Assembly: GCF_006345805.1 (NCBI RefSeq)
Contig: NW_021823584.1
Coordinates: forward strand, 1 to 22,019
DNA: 22,019 nucleotides
Source of the DNA: Octopus sinensis
Lineage: Eukaryota
Direction of reading: 5' to 3'
The translations under genes were made by a program, and so were the position numbers. Under the pieces are notes generated by a model. That model did no database searches, was not told the DNA's origin, and worked only from the letters and a program-made list of their open reading frames with translations. Below, piece after piece: positions 20,264-22,019 of the stretch; positions within the stretch are counted from its first letter, which is position 1; each line of letters opens with the position of its first letter.

Positions 20264-21021
20264 TATTTCTTTATTGCCCACAAGGGGCTACACACAGAGG
20301 GGACAAACAAGGACAGACAAACGGATTAAGTCGATTATATCGACTCCAGTGCATAACTGGTACTTATTTAATCGATTTAATCGACCCTGAAAGGATGAAA
20401 GGCAAAGTCGACCTCGGCGGAATTTGTACTCAGAACGTAACGGCAGACGAAATACCTATTTCTATACTATCCACAAGGGGCTAAACACAGAGAGGACAAA
20501 CAAGGACAAACAAACGGATTATGTCGATTATATCGATCCCAGTGCGTAACTGGTACTTAATTTATCAACCCCGAAAGGATGAAAGGCAAAGTCGACCTCG
20601 GCGGAATTTGAAATCAGAAGGTAAGGACAGACAAAATACCTATTTCTTTACTACCCACAAGGGTCTACACACAGAGGGGACAAACAAGGATAGACAAACG
20701 GATTAAGTCGATTACGTCGACCCCAGTGCGTAACTGGTACTTAATTTATCGACCCTGAAAGGATAAAAGGCAAAGTCGACATCGGCGGAATTTGAACTCA
20801 GAACGTATCGGCAAACGAAATACCTATTTCGTTACTGCCCACAGAGGGGACAAACAAGGACAGACAAACGGATTAAGTCGATTATATCGACCTCAGAGCG
20901 TAACTGGTATTTATTTAATCGACCCCGAAAGAATGAAAGGCAAAGTCGGCCTCGGCGGAATTTGAACTCAGAACGTAACGGCAGACGAAATACCGCTACG
21001 CATTTCGCCCGGCGTGCTAAC
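20264..21021 (-). repeat. Tandem array of 4 SINE-C body + tail-2 units (193, 184, 184, 170 bp) behind one partial head
   Basis: Unit starts on the plus strand at 20264, 20457, 20641 and 20825. Head remnant at 20995-21021. Confidence 0.93.
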
Positions 21022-21734
21022 ATCCCTGTCTGCACACTGCCTTTCGTTGCGTACTCTAATATTAATCGTTGTTGACTTGTAGTCTTGTCCCGTTTTGTTA
21101 TACATTTTTTAAAATTTTGTAATTGTTGATTTATCAACGAAAGAAAAGAAACGAGCAAGAAAAAAAAAACCATATAACCTGTGCCAACGTCAGAAACGAA
21201 CATAAATCCGAAAATAATAGACTACAAAAGAAAAAAAAAAACTAATAAAAGACAACGGTGACGAGAGTTTTCAGATGGATAATCTTTCCGGGTTATTCAT
21301 TTCGTCTTTCATGTATGTAGTTTTAATAGCACTACATTTCTTTTGGTGATGGCCTTCCCTCGTATCATCATCATCAGGCGTATTGGTGTATTATTACTGA
21401 TCATGTACATAGAAACATAGTACAACATTTTCATCTAATGAGGTTAGTGAGTCCGTAAAATTTTCGTACGACGAATATCAATGGCGCTTCACTGAGCGTT
21501 TGAAACTTTATCAACGCGAACTTTTATTACAAAATTAATGGTTTCCGATGTACGCACAAGGACAGCAATTTAAAGAAAGCAGGGCAGCAGGGCAGCCACC
21601 TTGAACTTGTCTTAGCTGTCATTGCTATTCCTGTGTCTCTTGTGGCTTTCTTTAACTGTTTGGGTTCCAAGCCAATCTTCTGCGAGAAATAGCGCAGTGA
21701 TCTGTTCTGTTGTTTCATGGCTGTGTAATTAAAA

Positions 21735-21808
21735 AGGTCTGATTGCAACCATGTAGCTTTGAGTTCAGTCTCATTGCACGGTACTTTGAAAACATGTATT
21801 CTACATAG
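21735..21808 (+). mobile_element. Highly decayed SINE-A head
   Basis: CAACCATG...GAGTTCAGTCTCATTGCACGGTACTTTG....ATGTATTCTAC aligns loosely with 18955-19016. Confidence 0.45.
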
Positions 21809-21857
21809 GTGTCGGGCTTCAATTCGTTATGATTGAATTCCGTGAATGGAAACTCTG

Positions 21858-21926
21858 TAGACAGACAGACAGACAGACAGGCAGGCAGGCAGGCAGGCAG
21901 ACAGGCAGACAGGCAGACAGACAGAC

Positions 21927-22000
<74 letters not shown>

Positions 22001-22019
22001 GTGGATAGATGGATGGATG
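21858..22019. repeat. (GACA)n-(GGCA)n-(GATA)n-(GGAT)n compound microsatellite
   Basis: Direct reading. Confidence 0.97.

Noticed and set aside
20264-21021. CRISPR-like or coding tandem repeat
   Set aside because: The units are entirely homologous with no unique spacers, are SINE-derived, and sit in a eukaryotic context.
21527-21748. Possible minus-strand exon (CTCGCAG...AAG/GT)
   Set aside because: Weak splice signals, no recognisable domain and no supporting neighbour exon.

Overview
Eukaryotic, AT-rich, microsatellite-dense DNA with no supportable host protein-coding exon. The repeat content looks like an octopus or other coleoid cephalopod; this is inferred from recalled repeat families, not a database search. 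The window is almost entirely mobile-element debris. It holds three tRNA-type SINE families (working labels SINE-A, -B, -C), a dead R4/Dong-clade RLE retrotransposon ending in (TAA)n, Tx1/L1-clade 3' fragments tied to (GATA)n, an RTE fragment, Penelope-like remnants with minimal hammerhead-ribozyme motifs, and small DNA-transposon relics. Most interesting: (1) a SINE-C variant whose 3' tail matches the Tx1-like LINE 3' end at 39 of 46 aligned bases and is amplified as a 4-unit tandem array, in which only the last unit keeps AATAAA; (2) tail swapping in two SINE families; (3) retroelements sitting in specific microsatellites; (4) a 369-bp inverted templated insertion with microhomology junctions. 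Almost all ORFs in the supplied track are microsatellite or antisense artefacts. All alignments were done by eye.
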